NCBI RefSeq assembly: GCF_006345805.1
Contig: NC_042997.1
Span: forward strand, 95,604,001-95,668,000
Source: Octopus sinensis
Taxonomy: Eukaryota
Length of the DNA stretch: 64,000 bases
Direction of reading: 5' to 3'
Shown piece by piece: positions 27,584-40,531 of the stretch. The notes under the pieces were generated by a model. It searched no databases and had not been told where the DNA came from. It saw only the letters and a list, made by a program, of their open reading frames with translations. Each line of letters begins with the position of its first letter. The first letter of the stretch is position 1. Made by a program: the position numbers and the translations under genes.

Positions 27584-28662
27584 ATATATATATATATATA
27601 TATAATCGTTTGTCTCTCTATCTACCCAATGCATTCTCAAACGGCTCAACCAATCAAATCAAATGTAATTTTTTGTCATTTGGATTAAAACAATGCGACA
27701 TTGCCACTGGGTCCATATTACGGGTCAAAAGTCAAAGAAGATCTATATTGTAAAAATGGTATATTGTTTCACTTTAATATTTTTACTATTAATTGAAACC
27801 ACTACCACCTTCAGGGCTAGACGTCACATTGTGTATATTACTGTGTATCTGTCTGTGAATGTATGTGTGTTAGTGTATGAATGAATATATTTCTCACAGT
27901 GCGTGTGTCTTTCCGAGTTAGGTATGTTGTTAAACATACTATATGTATGTGAGGTCTGGTCTGTGTAAATACAACATTTTATTTTCATTTCGATTATTTT
28001 CATTTTATATTAACATTTATTAACATTTTATAGAGATGCTCTTATCGGTTTGGCTACCTGCATTTCAAAAATTAAACTTTTCAATAAATTTTAAATGTCG
28101 TACAACAATACATTTGCCCAAACTGAAGTGCTGGAGTGATTTTAAATTTTTCCAGAAAATTGCTTTTAGAAAGCTATAAGGGTTTAAAGTTTGATCATTT
28201 TCCCCCAGTCAGGAAACAGGATTTGGAAGCTGTAATTTCGTGCGTGACTTGTCAAAGTCCAGAAAATAGCACGTGTTGTCAATATTTGTAAACAACACGT
28301 GTTATGTCGCCATAATTTTCTTCCATGTAGATAATGTTTATATTAATTTAAAACAGTTATACAAAAAATCTTATTTAGCTGTTATTTGTAGCACACTTCA
28401 CAAAGACATAAATGTTCAATGAGAAAAAGAAACGAGTAAACAAACATTTAAGCATTCAATATACACTTAATGCAACTGCGATGAACAAAACGCTACATGC
28501 CATGAACACATTTAAATTTAAATATGTTTAATTACAATTTAAATATGCTTAAAATACAAAATTTAAGCATTGAATATGCATTAAATGTGAATGTGATAAA
28601 CAGCACGTTACATGCGATCGCCAGCGCATGTTCCCATCACGTCTTTTCGTACACATACGAAA

Positions 28663-29176
28663 TCTATATATATAAAACTGTAGTTGTGTGAGTGTCTGTC
28701 CCCTTCGATTTAGATTCCTAACTACTCCCACATTTTGCGGTGCAGTTTAACCAAATTCGGGTATCTTATAGTCGTGATTCATATCGAGCCCGTCTGAGTA
28801 TTAGCACGCGTCTACGATGAGCCTACGATTTTAAAAATAATTTAACATCATTTTTTATTCCATTTTAATGCATAATTTTTCGTGTGTCGATGGCGGCGGA
28901 GTTGGCGTCCATGGTCACACCTGCACCTGTTTGCTTCTCCCCCCTTCTTCCCTCCCTCGTGAAGCCGTGGGGAAGGGAGTGTAAGGGAATCAATGTCGTA
29001 AAGCGTTGTCAAGGAGACCAGCGTTCTTTTAGAACAACGACTTCATGGCTTGAAGACACCAAAACAGAAATGGCTAAGAAAGCCCGAATTGGCATCTATA
29101 AGGGAAGTAACTCTCTAAAAATGCTTATATAGTTATTTCCCTTACAAACCCGAGCAACGCCGGGCGATACTGCTAG
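28663..29176 (+). mobile_element. Non-autonomous Helitron, copy 2 (with extra internal segment)
   Basis: A|TC...CCCGAGCAACGCCGGGCGATACTGCTAG|T; ~215 bp GC-richer block at 28881-29095 is absent from copies 1 and 3. Confidence 0.88.
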
Positions 29177-29996
29177 TTAGGTATAAAATTCTTTTCTTGA
29201 AGGTAAGATACAGTATTCTCCTCTGTTTTCGATGTTTCCATAATAAAAGCGATTTTACCGAAGCTTGCTCTCGTAATCACACAGAACACAGCGTCAAATT
29301 TGTCACCACGTACTTCCTCGCAGATAAAAGACTTTTCAAAGACTGCTTTCAGCACGTGCTTCTTCGAAGATAAAAGACATATCAAAAACTGTTACTATAG
29401 CAAAAGGCACACAGACAAAATGTTCTCATGTTCCGTTCCTAACTATCGAAACCGGTATGTGTTGTGTCATATGCTTGGCTAAAATTATCAAACTTTCAAC
29501 ACTTAATAACTAATGATTTATTGATTTATAGCGAAAAATACTTCCACGTCATTATTTAGCCTATAAAGGTGTATCATTACATTGAATATGAAAACAATTC
29601 GAAGAGAATTGAGGCTGGCATGATCCCATTGAGATAATCTTTCTATTGTCAACAGGACATTTTATACCACGTAGACAACGACATCACATTTTGTATATGG
29701 CTATTATCTGTCTGTGAGTGTATGTGTGTAAGTGTATGAGTGTGCATATAGCCCATAGTGTGTGCGTCTTTCAACGTTATAAAACACACAGATCTACACA
29801 TACATATACGTATGTGACGACTGGCGACTTTGCGTAAGTATATGAGTGTGTGCTTCCGCGTTACGTACGATATTAAACATACACACATACGTACAGGTAC
29901 ATATAGATATGTGACGACAGTCATGCCTGAATATATGCACGCCAGTGCTAAGGTGAAACTCTTAGAAACAAAATGAGGTGGCAATTCCAATATACA

Positions 29997-30035
<39 letters not shown>

Positions 30036-30134
30036 TTGATAAAACGGTAAGATAACAAAAGAAAGAAAGAGACCTCAATATTATGTAAATAGAGGAATTT
30101 AATCTATACAATATGTTACATTACTCGGTAGTCA

Positions 30135-30197
30135 AGATAAAACTCTGAGTTTCAGATGCCGAAGTGGAAATCCACAACACCATCTCTTCGGTTATCT
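30135..30197 (-). ncRNA. Hammerhead variant (CCGAAGA core) in Penelope pLTR
   Basis: Reverse complement of 30991-31053. Confidence 0.7.
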
Positions 30198-30990
30198 GGC
30201 TATTTGAAACGTTATGAAAAAATACCGTAAAAAATGAAGGGAATTACTCTGTTTAACTCTGCTTTGCCTGCGTACTTATACATCGCTCGCATTTTTCGTA
30301 TAAAATTATATAAAAATACATAAAAATATATAAAAATATATAAAAATATATAAAATCTTCTTGGGACAAACACAGAAAGCATGTTCTATCCGTTTTCTTT
30401 AGGGGACCAAAAACGTAACAGAAATTTAGTCACATGTGGGCATGATCCGAAAAGCTCTGTCCTTGTATTTAGACATGTGGTAGGGTCTAAGCTGCTTTTC
30501 CAGATAAGCCATCTCTCCATGTCGCATAAACCGCACCTTCCGCTTGCCGTTAGTATAGGGCTTACATCTGGCCAAAATCTTCCATTGTATGTTATAATCG
30601 ACACCTTTATCTCTAAAGACCAAATATGATTGGATAATTGTGTCGCTTTTCTTTTGTTCCAGTGCAGAGATGGCTTATCTGGAAAAGCAGCTTAGACCCT
30701 ACCACATGTCTAAATACAAGGACAGAGCTTTTCGGATCATGCCCACATGTGACTAAATTTCTGTTACGTTTTTGGTCCCCTAAAGAAAACGGATAGAACA
30801 TGCTTTCTGTGTTATGTCCCAAGAAGATTTTATATATTTTTATATATTTTTATATATTTTTATGTATTTTTATATAATTTTTATGACGAAAAATGCGAGC
30901 GATGTATAAGTACGCAGGCAAAGCAGAGTTATAACAGAGTAATTTCCCTTCATTTTTAACGGTATTTTTTCATAACGTTTTCAAATAGCC

Positions 30991-31053
30991 AGATAACCGA
31001 AGAGATGGTGTTGTGGATTTCCACTTCGGCATCTGAAACTCAGAGTTTTATCT
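30991..31053 (+). ncRNA. Hammerhead variant (CCGAAGA core) in inverted pLTR
   Basis: AGATAA-CCGAAGA-GATG...GTGGA(tt)TCCAC...CATC-T-GAA-ACTC(a)GAGT-T-TTATCT. Confidence 0.7.
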
Positions 31054-31236
31054 TGACTACCGAGTAATGTAACATATTGTATAGATATATATATATATAT
31101 ATAGAAATACACATTTACTGTTCCATTACCTGTTAATAATTCTCGCAGCAGTTGCATGGTTGCAAGGTATTTAAAATTACATATGTACCTTTACATTAAG
31201 AAAGTTATGCTATATTTATATATATATACCATGCGG

Positions 31237-31285
<49 letters not shown>

Positions 31286-31339
31286 ATGCGGTAAGACATT
31301 ATGCCTTATTTTTCCAAGTAATTCCTTGCTACATATACT

Positions 31340-31500
31340 CATGTAACTGCACAGTGTCACTTTATGTTTCTTATTCTACAGCCACACCAGCAATCCAATG
31401 TCAACCTTTCGCCTTCTGCTACATTCCATCAGTTCACTTCTCCTGTTGCCGTCTCCCATTGCAGCCCTTTTCAGGAATGTACCCATTTACACCTCCATTC
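31340..31500 (-). pseudogene. Possible LINE AP-endonuclease N-terminal remnant
   Basis: Minus-strand peptide RRSELMECSRRRKVDIGLL resembles the EL..L.RR.VDI..LQE start of RTE-type APE domains; short and decayed. Confidence 0.3.
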
Positions 31501-31799
31501 ATTTGACTGTCGACATACGATGGTTCGTGTTAAATGCAGCGCTGACCGCCTCAAAGGCTGGTATATCCACTGTCCGTTTTTCAGTGGGTTCAAAAATTAC
31601 ATTCCCATCACTGCCAATACTCCCTGATAGATTAGTACATGGAATCCTCCAGACGAGCATATTACATGTTGCTTAGTCGAATTAGACCATCATTTACTCC
31701 ACAAATGTTTAATCGTCGATGTTGCACTTCCCCGTGTCATCAGTTTCAACATCACTGTAATATGTGTATATATATATGTATGTATGTATGTATGTAATA

Positions 31800-32181
31800 G
31801 GAGCACTCCGTCGGTTGCGACGATGAGGGTCCCAGCTGATACGATCAACGGAACAGCCTGCTCGTGAAATTAACGTGTAAGTGGCTGAGCACTCCACAAA
31901 CACGTGTACCCTTAACATAGTTCTCAGGAAGATTCAGCGTGACACACAGAATGTGACAAGGCTGGCCCTTTGAAATACAAATACAAGAGAAACAGGAAGA
32001 AAGAGCGAGAGAAAGTTGTGGTGAAAGAGTACAGCAGGGTTCACCACCACCCCCTGCCGGAGCCTCGTGGAGCTTTAGGTGTGTTCGCTCAATAAACACT
32101 CACAATGCCCGGTCTGGGAATCGAAACCGCGATCCTCCGACCGCGAGTCCGCTGCCCTAACCACTGGGCAATTGCGCCTCC
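31800..32181 (-). mobile_element. tRNA-derived SINE family D, full length
   Basis: GGAGGCGCAATTGCCCAGTGGTTAGGGCAGCGG (box A)...GGTTTCGATTCCCAG (box B), unique body, (TACA)n at both flanks. Confidence 0.85.
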
Positions 32182-32278
32182 ATGTATGTATGTATGTATG
32201 TATGTATGTATGTATGTATGTATGTATATATACATGTGTATATATTTAGAGAGAGAGAGACAGACAGAAAAAGAGAGG

Positions 32279-32309
<31 letters not shown>

Positions 32310-32480
32310 TATAATACGAAGACGAGGTAAAAGTCGAACAGACTGTGTTTAAGGTTGACGAGCGAGAACATTGAAAGAAGACTGACGTTTCCAAAACACG
32401 CTCTTCTAAATGAGAAGAAAGAAAAACAAAGATAAAAGAACAAGCATGTCTCAATTAGATGTTCACCACATACTGAAATG
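32310..32480 (-). mobile_element. Short repeat with decayed minimal-HHR motif (related to 63320-63497 and 45265-45473)
   Basis: Minus strand TTTAGAAGAGCGTGTTTTGGAAACGTCAG and a CTTCGT-ending tail. Confidence 0.45.
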
Positions 32481-32784
32481 ACTAGAAGACGAAATGACAG
32501 GCTTAACGCGTATGTGCGAGGGCGACAACTGTGACCAGGCATATGCTTATATGTGAGCAATCATGTGTCTATGAAACTGAGGAATTCGTATACATGTTTG
32601 TGCATAGGCTCGCCCACGTGAGTGTTCAACTGTGCGTTTGTATACGAGGATATTCTGTGCCTGTATACTGTTTGCCTTAAGCGTGTGTGTGTATATATAT
32701 ATATGTCTGTGAGAGACTCTACTTTCTCTTTATCTGTGTGCATGAGGCTATTATACATTTGTCTTTATGAGTTTATATTGTTCA

Positions 32785-33178
32785 CTAGCAGTATCGCCCG
32801 GCGTTGCTCGGGTTTGTAAGGGAAATAATTATATAAGCATTTTTAGAGATGTAAAGTATAATAGCCATCTCAATATGGCTAACCACAAAGGGGGAGGGGT
32901 GTTACTGTAGCTTTTTACGTTCTGAGATTTAATAATAAATTTTAGAGAGTTACTTCCCTTATATATGTCAAAAATGGATTAAAAATGGGAAAAATTGATG
33001 GTAAATTTTTTTAAAATCGTAGACTCATCGTAGACGCGCGCTAATACCCAGACGGTCTCGATATGAATCACGACTATAAGATACCCGGTTTTGGTTAAAC
33101 TGCACCGCAAAATGTGGGAGTAGTTAGGAATCTAAATCGTAGGAGACAGACACACAACCTCACTTTTATATATAAAGA
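32785..33178 (-). mobile_element. Non-autonomous Helitron, copy 3
   Basis: Plus strand A|CTAGCAGTATCGCCCGGCGTTGCTCGGG...TATATAAAGA|T; abuts a Penelope pLTR tail fragment (33179-33245) matching 30040-30100 and 51310-51378. Confidence 0.88.
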
Positions 33179-33343
33179 TTTCCTCTATTTACATAATATT
33201 GAGGTCTCTTTCTTTCTTTTGTTATCTTACTGTTTTTACAATATACATATATATATAATATATATATATTATATATATAGTTACAGAGATGTACTTGCAT
33301 AGCAAGTGACTTGATCTGAGATCGTGTGCTGGAACGAAAACAG

Positions 33344-33603
33344 TTGCAGCGTTGAAGGTGTTTATAAGCCATTTAAGAAACACACAAAAAACCGTTAGAT
33401 TCACTTCAACATTTAAATTTAATTTGTCAAAATATTTTCATCGCTTTGAGACCGCGACCTGTTAGCACGATATTTTTGTCAGTGAACAGGTCGCGGTCTC
33501 AAAGCGACGAAAATATTTTGGCAAATTAAATTTAAATGTTGAAGTGAATGTAACGGTTTTTGTGTGTTTCTTAAATGGCTTACAAACACCTTCCACGCTG
33601 CAA
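33344..33603. repeat. Inverted repeat, ~120 bp arms, 21 nt spacer
   Basis: 33344-33463 versus 33485-33603 with a few substitutions; left arm extends outward to ~33285; (TA)n on both sides. Confidence 0.92.
33475..33525 (+). ncRNA. Hammerhead variant with swapped G3:C8 core
   Basis: TTTGTCA-GTGAACA-G-GTCGC(ggtctcaaa)GCGAC-GAA-AATATT-T-TGGCAAA; all three stems form; core GUGAACA instead of CUGANGA. Confidence 0.7.
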
Positions 33604-33687
33604 TATATATATACACACATATATATATATATGTATGTATGTATGTATGTGTGTATATGTGTATGCATGTATGTGTGTGTGTGTGCG

Positions 33688-33902
33688 TGTCTGTGCTTGT
33701 GATTGTCCTCCACCACTGCTTGACAACGAATGTTGGTTTGTTTACATCCCTGTCACCTAGTGGTTTGACAAAGGAAACAGATAGAATAAGTACAATGCTT
33801 ACAAAAATAAAACGAGTTGATTCATTAAACTACAATTCTTCAAGGCATTGCCCCAGCATGGCCACAGACCAATGGCTGGAAAAAGCAGAAGAATAAAAGA
33901 AT
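33688..33902 (+). mobile_element. SINE family A, 3' half
   Basis: (TG)n then CTTGACAACGAATGTTGGTTTGTTTACATCCC...GATAGAATAAGTAC...CCCAGCATGGCCACAG. Confidence 0.7.
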
Positions 33903-33968
33903 ACATTCTCTGCTTTGGTCTTATGTTCAAGGCATGAGAAAGCTTGAGTTTACATGAGAAGGCCTAAC

Positions 33969-34341
33969 AGACCTGGTAGAAACAGCAGCCAAATTTCCCT
34001 CAAATCACACCTTACTGTCTTATGTATGTATATATATATGAGCCAATGAGGGGGACCTCTACATGGTAGCTAGACCTGGTAGAAATAGCAGCCAAATTTC
34101 CCCCAAATCACACCTTACTGTCTTATCTATGTATATATGTATGTATGAGCCTATGAGGGAGACCCCTACATGGCAGCTAGACCTGGTAGAAATAGCAGCC
34201 AAATTTCCCCCAAATCACACCTTACTGTCTTATCTATGTATATATGTATGTATGAGCCTATGAGGGAGACCCCTACATGGCAGCTAGACATGCTAGAAAT
34301 AGCAGCCAAATCTCCCTCAAATCACACCTTACTGTCTTATC
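33969..34341. repeat. 107-bp tandem repeat, ~3.5 units
   Basis: AGACCTGGTAGAAATAGCAGCCAAATTTCCCCCAAATCACACCTTACTGTCTTAT... recurs; equivalent ATGs at 34063, 34170 and 34277. Confidence 0.92.
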
Positions 34342-34559
34342 TTTCTGCTACTTGGATATAGGTGTTATATTCGTCGTAAAAAAACTTTCCTGTCACACAC
34401 TCACGCACACGCACACACACACACACACACACACGCACCCTCACACACACACACACGCGCACACCCACACACACACACCCACTCACACACACGCACGTTA
34501 GCTTACAATTTTATTTATATATTTGCGTGTCTGTGTGGAAAGAGGAAGTGGGAGGCAGA

Positions 34560-34860
34560 GTGAAAGAATCACTCACTACAGTAAGTCAATTACTTTCATT
34601 TTATTCGTTGCCCACTGTGTGTGTGCGTTTGCGTGTGCTGTAAACCAGACTAAGAAAAGCATTTGACAGACACACCAGAATGTGAGTTTTCTGTAAATTT
34701 TGCTTAACTGGAGTTTAAATTTTAAAAACTGGACCTGGCATGACGCGATGCATTGTACTCTTAAAAATGCAAGGTAAATTGTAATTGAAGAAATCCTATA
34801 TTGTAGATTTGTATAACTCCCAAAGGGAGGCAGATAAAATCTGCCTTTTATAATAAGAGA
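34560..34860 (-). mobile_element. Possible second Helitron-like family (5' end only)
   Basis: Minus strand starts A|TCTCTTATTATAAAAGGCAGATTTTATCTGCCT (TC start plus small hairpin); no clear CTAG 3' end found. Confidence 0.35.
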
Positions 34861-35256
34861 TATATGTTGCCTGTGCTTATTCGTGTGTCTCCATGTGTGC
34901 GAGTGAATACGTGCTTATTCGCGTGTGTCTCCATATGTGCAGTTAGTGTGCGTGTGTATATGATGACGGCGCTCAAATTAGGTGTGCGTAGAGTTTATAT
35001 TCCGTGTGATTTTGCGTGTACATATGTATCTCTGGGCGTGTGTATGTGTGTATGTGGATATCTGACGTATGTTAGTGTGCTGAGCGAATCTTAATTTTTA
35101 TAGTGCACAGAGGTGCTACGTGTGATAGAGGTGACAAAATAGCTAGGCGTTGGGAAATGTGGAATAGAAGTGTATTTGCTGAGCTGTGCGTAATTGGAAG
35201 AAGGCGTGCATATGTGCTAGTGTGTGATGAGTAGGAAGAAGACCTGTGGTGTGTGT

Positions 35257-35302
<46 letters not shown>

Positions 35303-35455
35303 GCGTGTGTAATGCTTTTGTATAGGTGTATATATGTGTTCGTGGTATGGGTTATAAGTTAAAAGCTATAGAGGAGGATTTTGGTGAGGTAGAAGTTTAG
35401 GGAACAAATGGAATGTAAGAGGAGGGTGGTGTGTGTAAAAGTGTGGAGGAGAGAC

Positions 35456-35860
35456 TTAAAGAAAGAAGGATGGAGAATTTATACCATGCGGGACTGAAGT
35501 ATACAGAGAGAAAATTAATTCCTGCTCCAAAGAGAGGCGAAAGACCAGTTGGTTTCTGTACAAGGCCAGTCCGAACACAAATATATGTTGCAGGGAATGT
35601 CCCCTCGAGTAGAAATAGCGCGAGACAGGGCTGTCTTTGTCGAATCTGATGCCAAGAAGCTGTTCGACAAAATGGCCCACTAAGTTATAACCAGTGTATC
35701 CAATGTAGAGGGAGCAAAGAAAGCAGGTGAAGTAATAAATCAAGTTACCAGAGGTGCAAGTAAATTAATCAATGATGTGGGTGAGTGGTGGTAGGTGCCC
35801 GTGAGTACGGTTGCTTGGAGAGGAAGGAAAGGTGTGACAGCGTGGACGAGACCAAGCCTA
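35456..35860 (-). mobile_element. PLE GIY-YIG endonuclease remnant
   Basis: LIYYFTCFLCSLYIGYTG.NL..HF.EQL..IR...SPVSRYF...GHS...IFVFGL....RL.LEQELIFSL.T..P.GIN; same type as 16720-17020. Confidence 0.85.
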
Positions 35861-38296
35861 TATACATGTAAGAGGTTATGTATAATATAAACATACACAT
35901 AAGTACGCACAAAACACGTTCACACATACGCACATACATATGCACATAAAATACAAACATATATACATACTTACATGCATACATATATTGTTTATTAATA
36001 AATTGTATCTGGTGTGATAGCTTGAAATTTTGATTATATAAAATACACGAATGCACTGTCTGGAAACGAAATTTGTTATTAACAAACGTAATATACATTT
36101 TACAGTGTGCCACTACATATCAGGACTCATTACACTGACTATACTAGCATCGAACATAACATGTTGGTTATAAGCAAGTCGTATTTGAAGTATAGTTTAA
36201 TTAGTTTGTTCCTTTTTTTTTTGTTTTTCGTACTACGTTTTGTTTAAGTCATTGTAATAAATTTTATGAAATACCATTTTCCATTATATTGATAACTTTA
36301 AAAAGCTATATATCATTCTATATCATTGTATTATATCAGTCTCGCTGTAATAGTTTCCTCCTAACAATATTCAAATATTATTGTAATCAAAGAGAGATTG
36401 ATCTTATTATTCTTAATTTTTCAAATTTTTAATTCGTTATATCGCTAAAATCGGTTCACTATAGCGTTTTGTATATCCCATTAATATTTTTTCTGTCATA
36501 TTGATGCGATTACATTCTTAACTTTTTATTATTCACTTTTATTGTAAAACACCTAGTTTAGAATTTAGTGATATATCATTCGTAACTCTTTTAGTTTAGA
36601 ATTTAGCGATAGATGTATAATCGCTAATGTATATAAACAGCTCCGTTTTATTTTTTAAATCAAGAATCAATTTTTATTATTACTAGTTCGCCACATCCAA
36701 AACGGAAATTTAATTAAAACTGACAGCATTGTAAATATGTCCATCGGAAAACAAATTCCAAAACGTTACAAATAAAAGAAATGAGATGCTGATCATGGAT
36801 GACGTATCGTTCGCATATGACTACATCCACGTACAGAGAACTGGTCGAGTATCTCATAGCGACCGCAGTCGAATGCATGATTGTAAACTGGCGACAAGTA
36901 CATCTAAAACTAGAAGTATATGAGTTCTTTTCTTTCTTATGCAAGCACGGAATATAAGTTTAAACATCCAATTCCAAAGGCTGCCATATCATATACAATG
37001 ATCGAATGAGAGACCCTCGGTCTGCAAGAATTAACAGACAAAACTTAAGAAAAACAATGTAGATAATGTTATTCACTTCCTGCACGTATGCAAAAATTGG
37101 GTGGTCACTGAAGAAATACTGTAAAACATCGAGAGTAAATTAGTGGCTAAACAACAACAAGCTTACAACTGTCATTTATCCTGTACAACAATCTTCCATA
37201 ATTTCAAATCGTGTGACTGTATTTCTGACATTTGTTTTGAAATGTTTGCGACAGCATATTTAGTATTTTAGCCACAAAAACGTTTGAAGCAAAGTAAAAC
37301 ATGCAGTGAGAAAACAATTTTTTCTTCGGTGGAAAGTGATGCTACATTGGCAGAATGTGGCAATCTGTCAGAATCAGCAGTATTACTGACAAATACTTTC
37401 ATGTTTTTGAGTCTCATTTCAATCCCGCTGTTTTAACTTGAGGATGGTAATCTAATTAAGCTGTGAGCATAATACACTGTACGATTACTCCGGATTTGTG
37501 ATATTATCTCTACATTACAGTTCTATTCTTTTTTTTTATGCAGCACGGAATATAAATTTGGACTGCTAATTCCAAACGCTGCCATTTCAATGTGGCAGTG
37601 CCATTATTGATGTAGCTGCCAAAATGTTAGGGATAAAATACTAAACTAAATATAGAATATTGCACTTGTAGAAAGTGACATAATCAGCAAGCGAGCGGGA
37701 AAGAGAGAGAGGAGGGGAGAAGAGAGGGAGAGAGAGACAAAGAGAGACAGCGACAGAGAAATAAAGAGACAAAGAAACAGAGAGAGAGATGGTTAAAAAT
37801 TTAAATACTTCGCAAATACCAACTGCATGATAGAAGGTATTTGCAAGATTAAGTCCGTTTATGACGAGGTTACACAAAATGCAGTCTAATGATTATGCGA
37901 CAAGTTCCGAAAACCAGTGAACAGAATTTTTCTACGAAAGATATATGAAACATTTTCGGAGAAATGACTGACATCGGTCCAAATAATGTTCACTGAAAAT
38001 ACTGGTAACAGAAAATATTGCCTGTACAAAATATAAGAAAAATAGCAGCGTATGAATCTAAAATATAATTTTACTTAACAACATAGCTTTAATTATGGAC
38101 TTGATGCTTCCAAACGTGTGTATGTGTATATGCATACCTGTGTTGCGACGTGTGAATTCTAAGAGAAACCACTTCACATTTTCTTGGAATTAGAGCATTA
38201 TGAAACCACACGCACACATATGTATGTATGTATGTATGCATGTATGTATGTATGTATGTATGTATGTATATATATATAATATGCACAAGTATATTT

Positions 38297-38500
38297 TTAT
38301 TCTTCTATTCCTTTACTTGTTTCAGTCATTCGACTGCGGTCATGCTGCAACACTGCCTTGAACGATTTTAACCAAATGAATCCTCACCAGGATATTTTTT
38401 AAAACCTAAAACTTACTATATGGCTCTTTTACCGAACAACTAAGTTACGGGAACGTAAACACATCAGCACCGGTTTCAAGCAGTGATAGTGAGACAGAAA
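38297..38500 (-). mobile_element. SINE family A, 3' half
   Basis: TTTACTTGTTTCAGTCATT...CTAAGTTACGGGAACGTAAACAC followed by (CA)n. Confidence 0.75.
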
Positions 38501-38619
38501 GACAGACATACACACACACATACACACACACATACACACACACGTACATATACACCCACACACACGTACATATACACCCATACACACACATACACACACA
38601 CATACTGAAAACGAATCTC

Positions 38620-38998
<379 letters not shown>

Positions 38999-39504
38999 CG
39001 ATTAATAAGAGGAATGACCACTGAAATAGATTCCTAATATGTAAAAGATAGACGACAAGTCACTTTACCACGAAGAGTATGTTCTCAAGAAATATCTCAG
39101 CAAAAACGCCAGAATGCAAAAGTTTGAAAAAGACAAATTAAAAATATACGAAATAAAACGATTACCTACATATCATGATTTCATTGTTAGCACTTGCATA
39201 ATGCAAAATGCAAGTATCTGCAACTCTTCAGCGTACAAACATATTTCACAGAACAATACACAGAAGCGTTCACTCGAAAGAAAATGCGTGTATAGTTCTG
39301 CAAATTTTATTTGGGGGTAACTTCCAAATATCGTCATTTTGGCGCACTGAGGCCAGAAATAACTCATGCATGATTGGAAAAAAATGAATAAGTATGGCGT
39401 CTTACCTCTGCAAGATTGCAAGGAGGAATGCCAGTTAACATTATTATCTTTCATAAGTATAATGTTCTTTATATCCGTCTATCTATCTATCTATCTATCT
39501 ATCC

Positions 39505-39603
<99 letters not shown>

Positions 39604-39667
39604 CATCTATCTATCTATCACTTTCTTTCTCTCACACACACTCTCTCTCTCACTATATATATATATA

Positions 39668-39870
39668 CTCTTTTACTCTTTTACTTTTTTACTTGTTTCA
39701 GTAATTTGACTGCGGCCATGCTGGAACACCGACCCCGGGACTTATTCTTACGTAAGCCCAGTACTTATTCTATCGGTCTCTTTTGCCGAACCGCTAAGTA
39801 AGGGGGACATAAACACACCAGCATCGGTGTCAAGCAATGCTAGGGGACAAACACAGACACACAAACACAC
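39668..39870 (-). mobile_element. SINE family A, 3' half
   Basis: TTTTACTTGTTTCAGTAATTTGACTGCGGCCATGCTGG...TTTTGCCGAACCGCTAAG...GGGGACAAACACAGAC. Confidence 0.8.
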
Positions 39871-39873
39871 ACA

Positions 39874-39941
<68 letters not shown>

Positions 39942-39953
39942 CATATATATATT

Positions 39954-39989
<36 letters not shown>

Positions 39990-40241
39990 GCACACACGCA
40001 CATACATATGCATTCATGCACACGTACGTGTCGTGGTTGTCAGATCATGCAGCTGATCCAAATCTGTACTCAGAGTAACTCCAACAAAAGGCATAATGTG
40101 CTTTCATTGGATATAACGATGTCAAGCGATGTGGCGTACAGCATATAAGAACTATCTCATCTATCTATCTCTCTCTTTTTCTCCTTACTTTCTCTCTCTC
40201 GCACTCTCCCTATACGCATATATATATATATATATATATTA

Positions 40242-40275
<34 letters not shown>

Positions 40276-40294
40276 TATATTGAGAGAGAGAGAG

Positions 40295-40334
<40 letters not shown>

Positions 40335-40391
40335 GATAGATAGATAGATAGATAGATTGCTAGATAGGTAGGTAGGTAGATAGATTGATAT

Positions 40392-40439
<48 letters not shown>

Positions 40440-40442
40440 TAC

Positions 40443-40531
<89 letters not shown>

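Larger units (their letters stand above)
30030..31086 (-). mobile_element. 5'-truncated Penelope element (GIY-YIG C-terminus + pLTR) with inverted pLTR copy
   Basis: Minus strand KATQLSNHIW.., DYNIQWKILARCKPYTNGKRK, CGLCDMERWLI...LNTRTELFGSCPHVTKFLL (Penelope endonuclease end); arms 30102-30516 and 30666-31086 are reverse complements; both flanks are (TA)n. Confidence 0.9.

Noticed and set aside
29173-29385. ORF ending TEENTVSYLQEKNFIP, vaguely like a Merlin/ISXO2 transposase start
   Set aside because: Too short, with no TIR or catalytic motif to support it.
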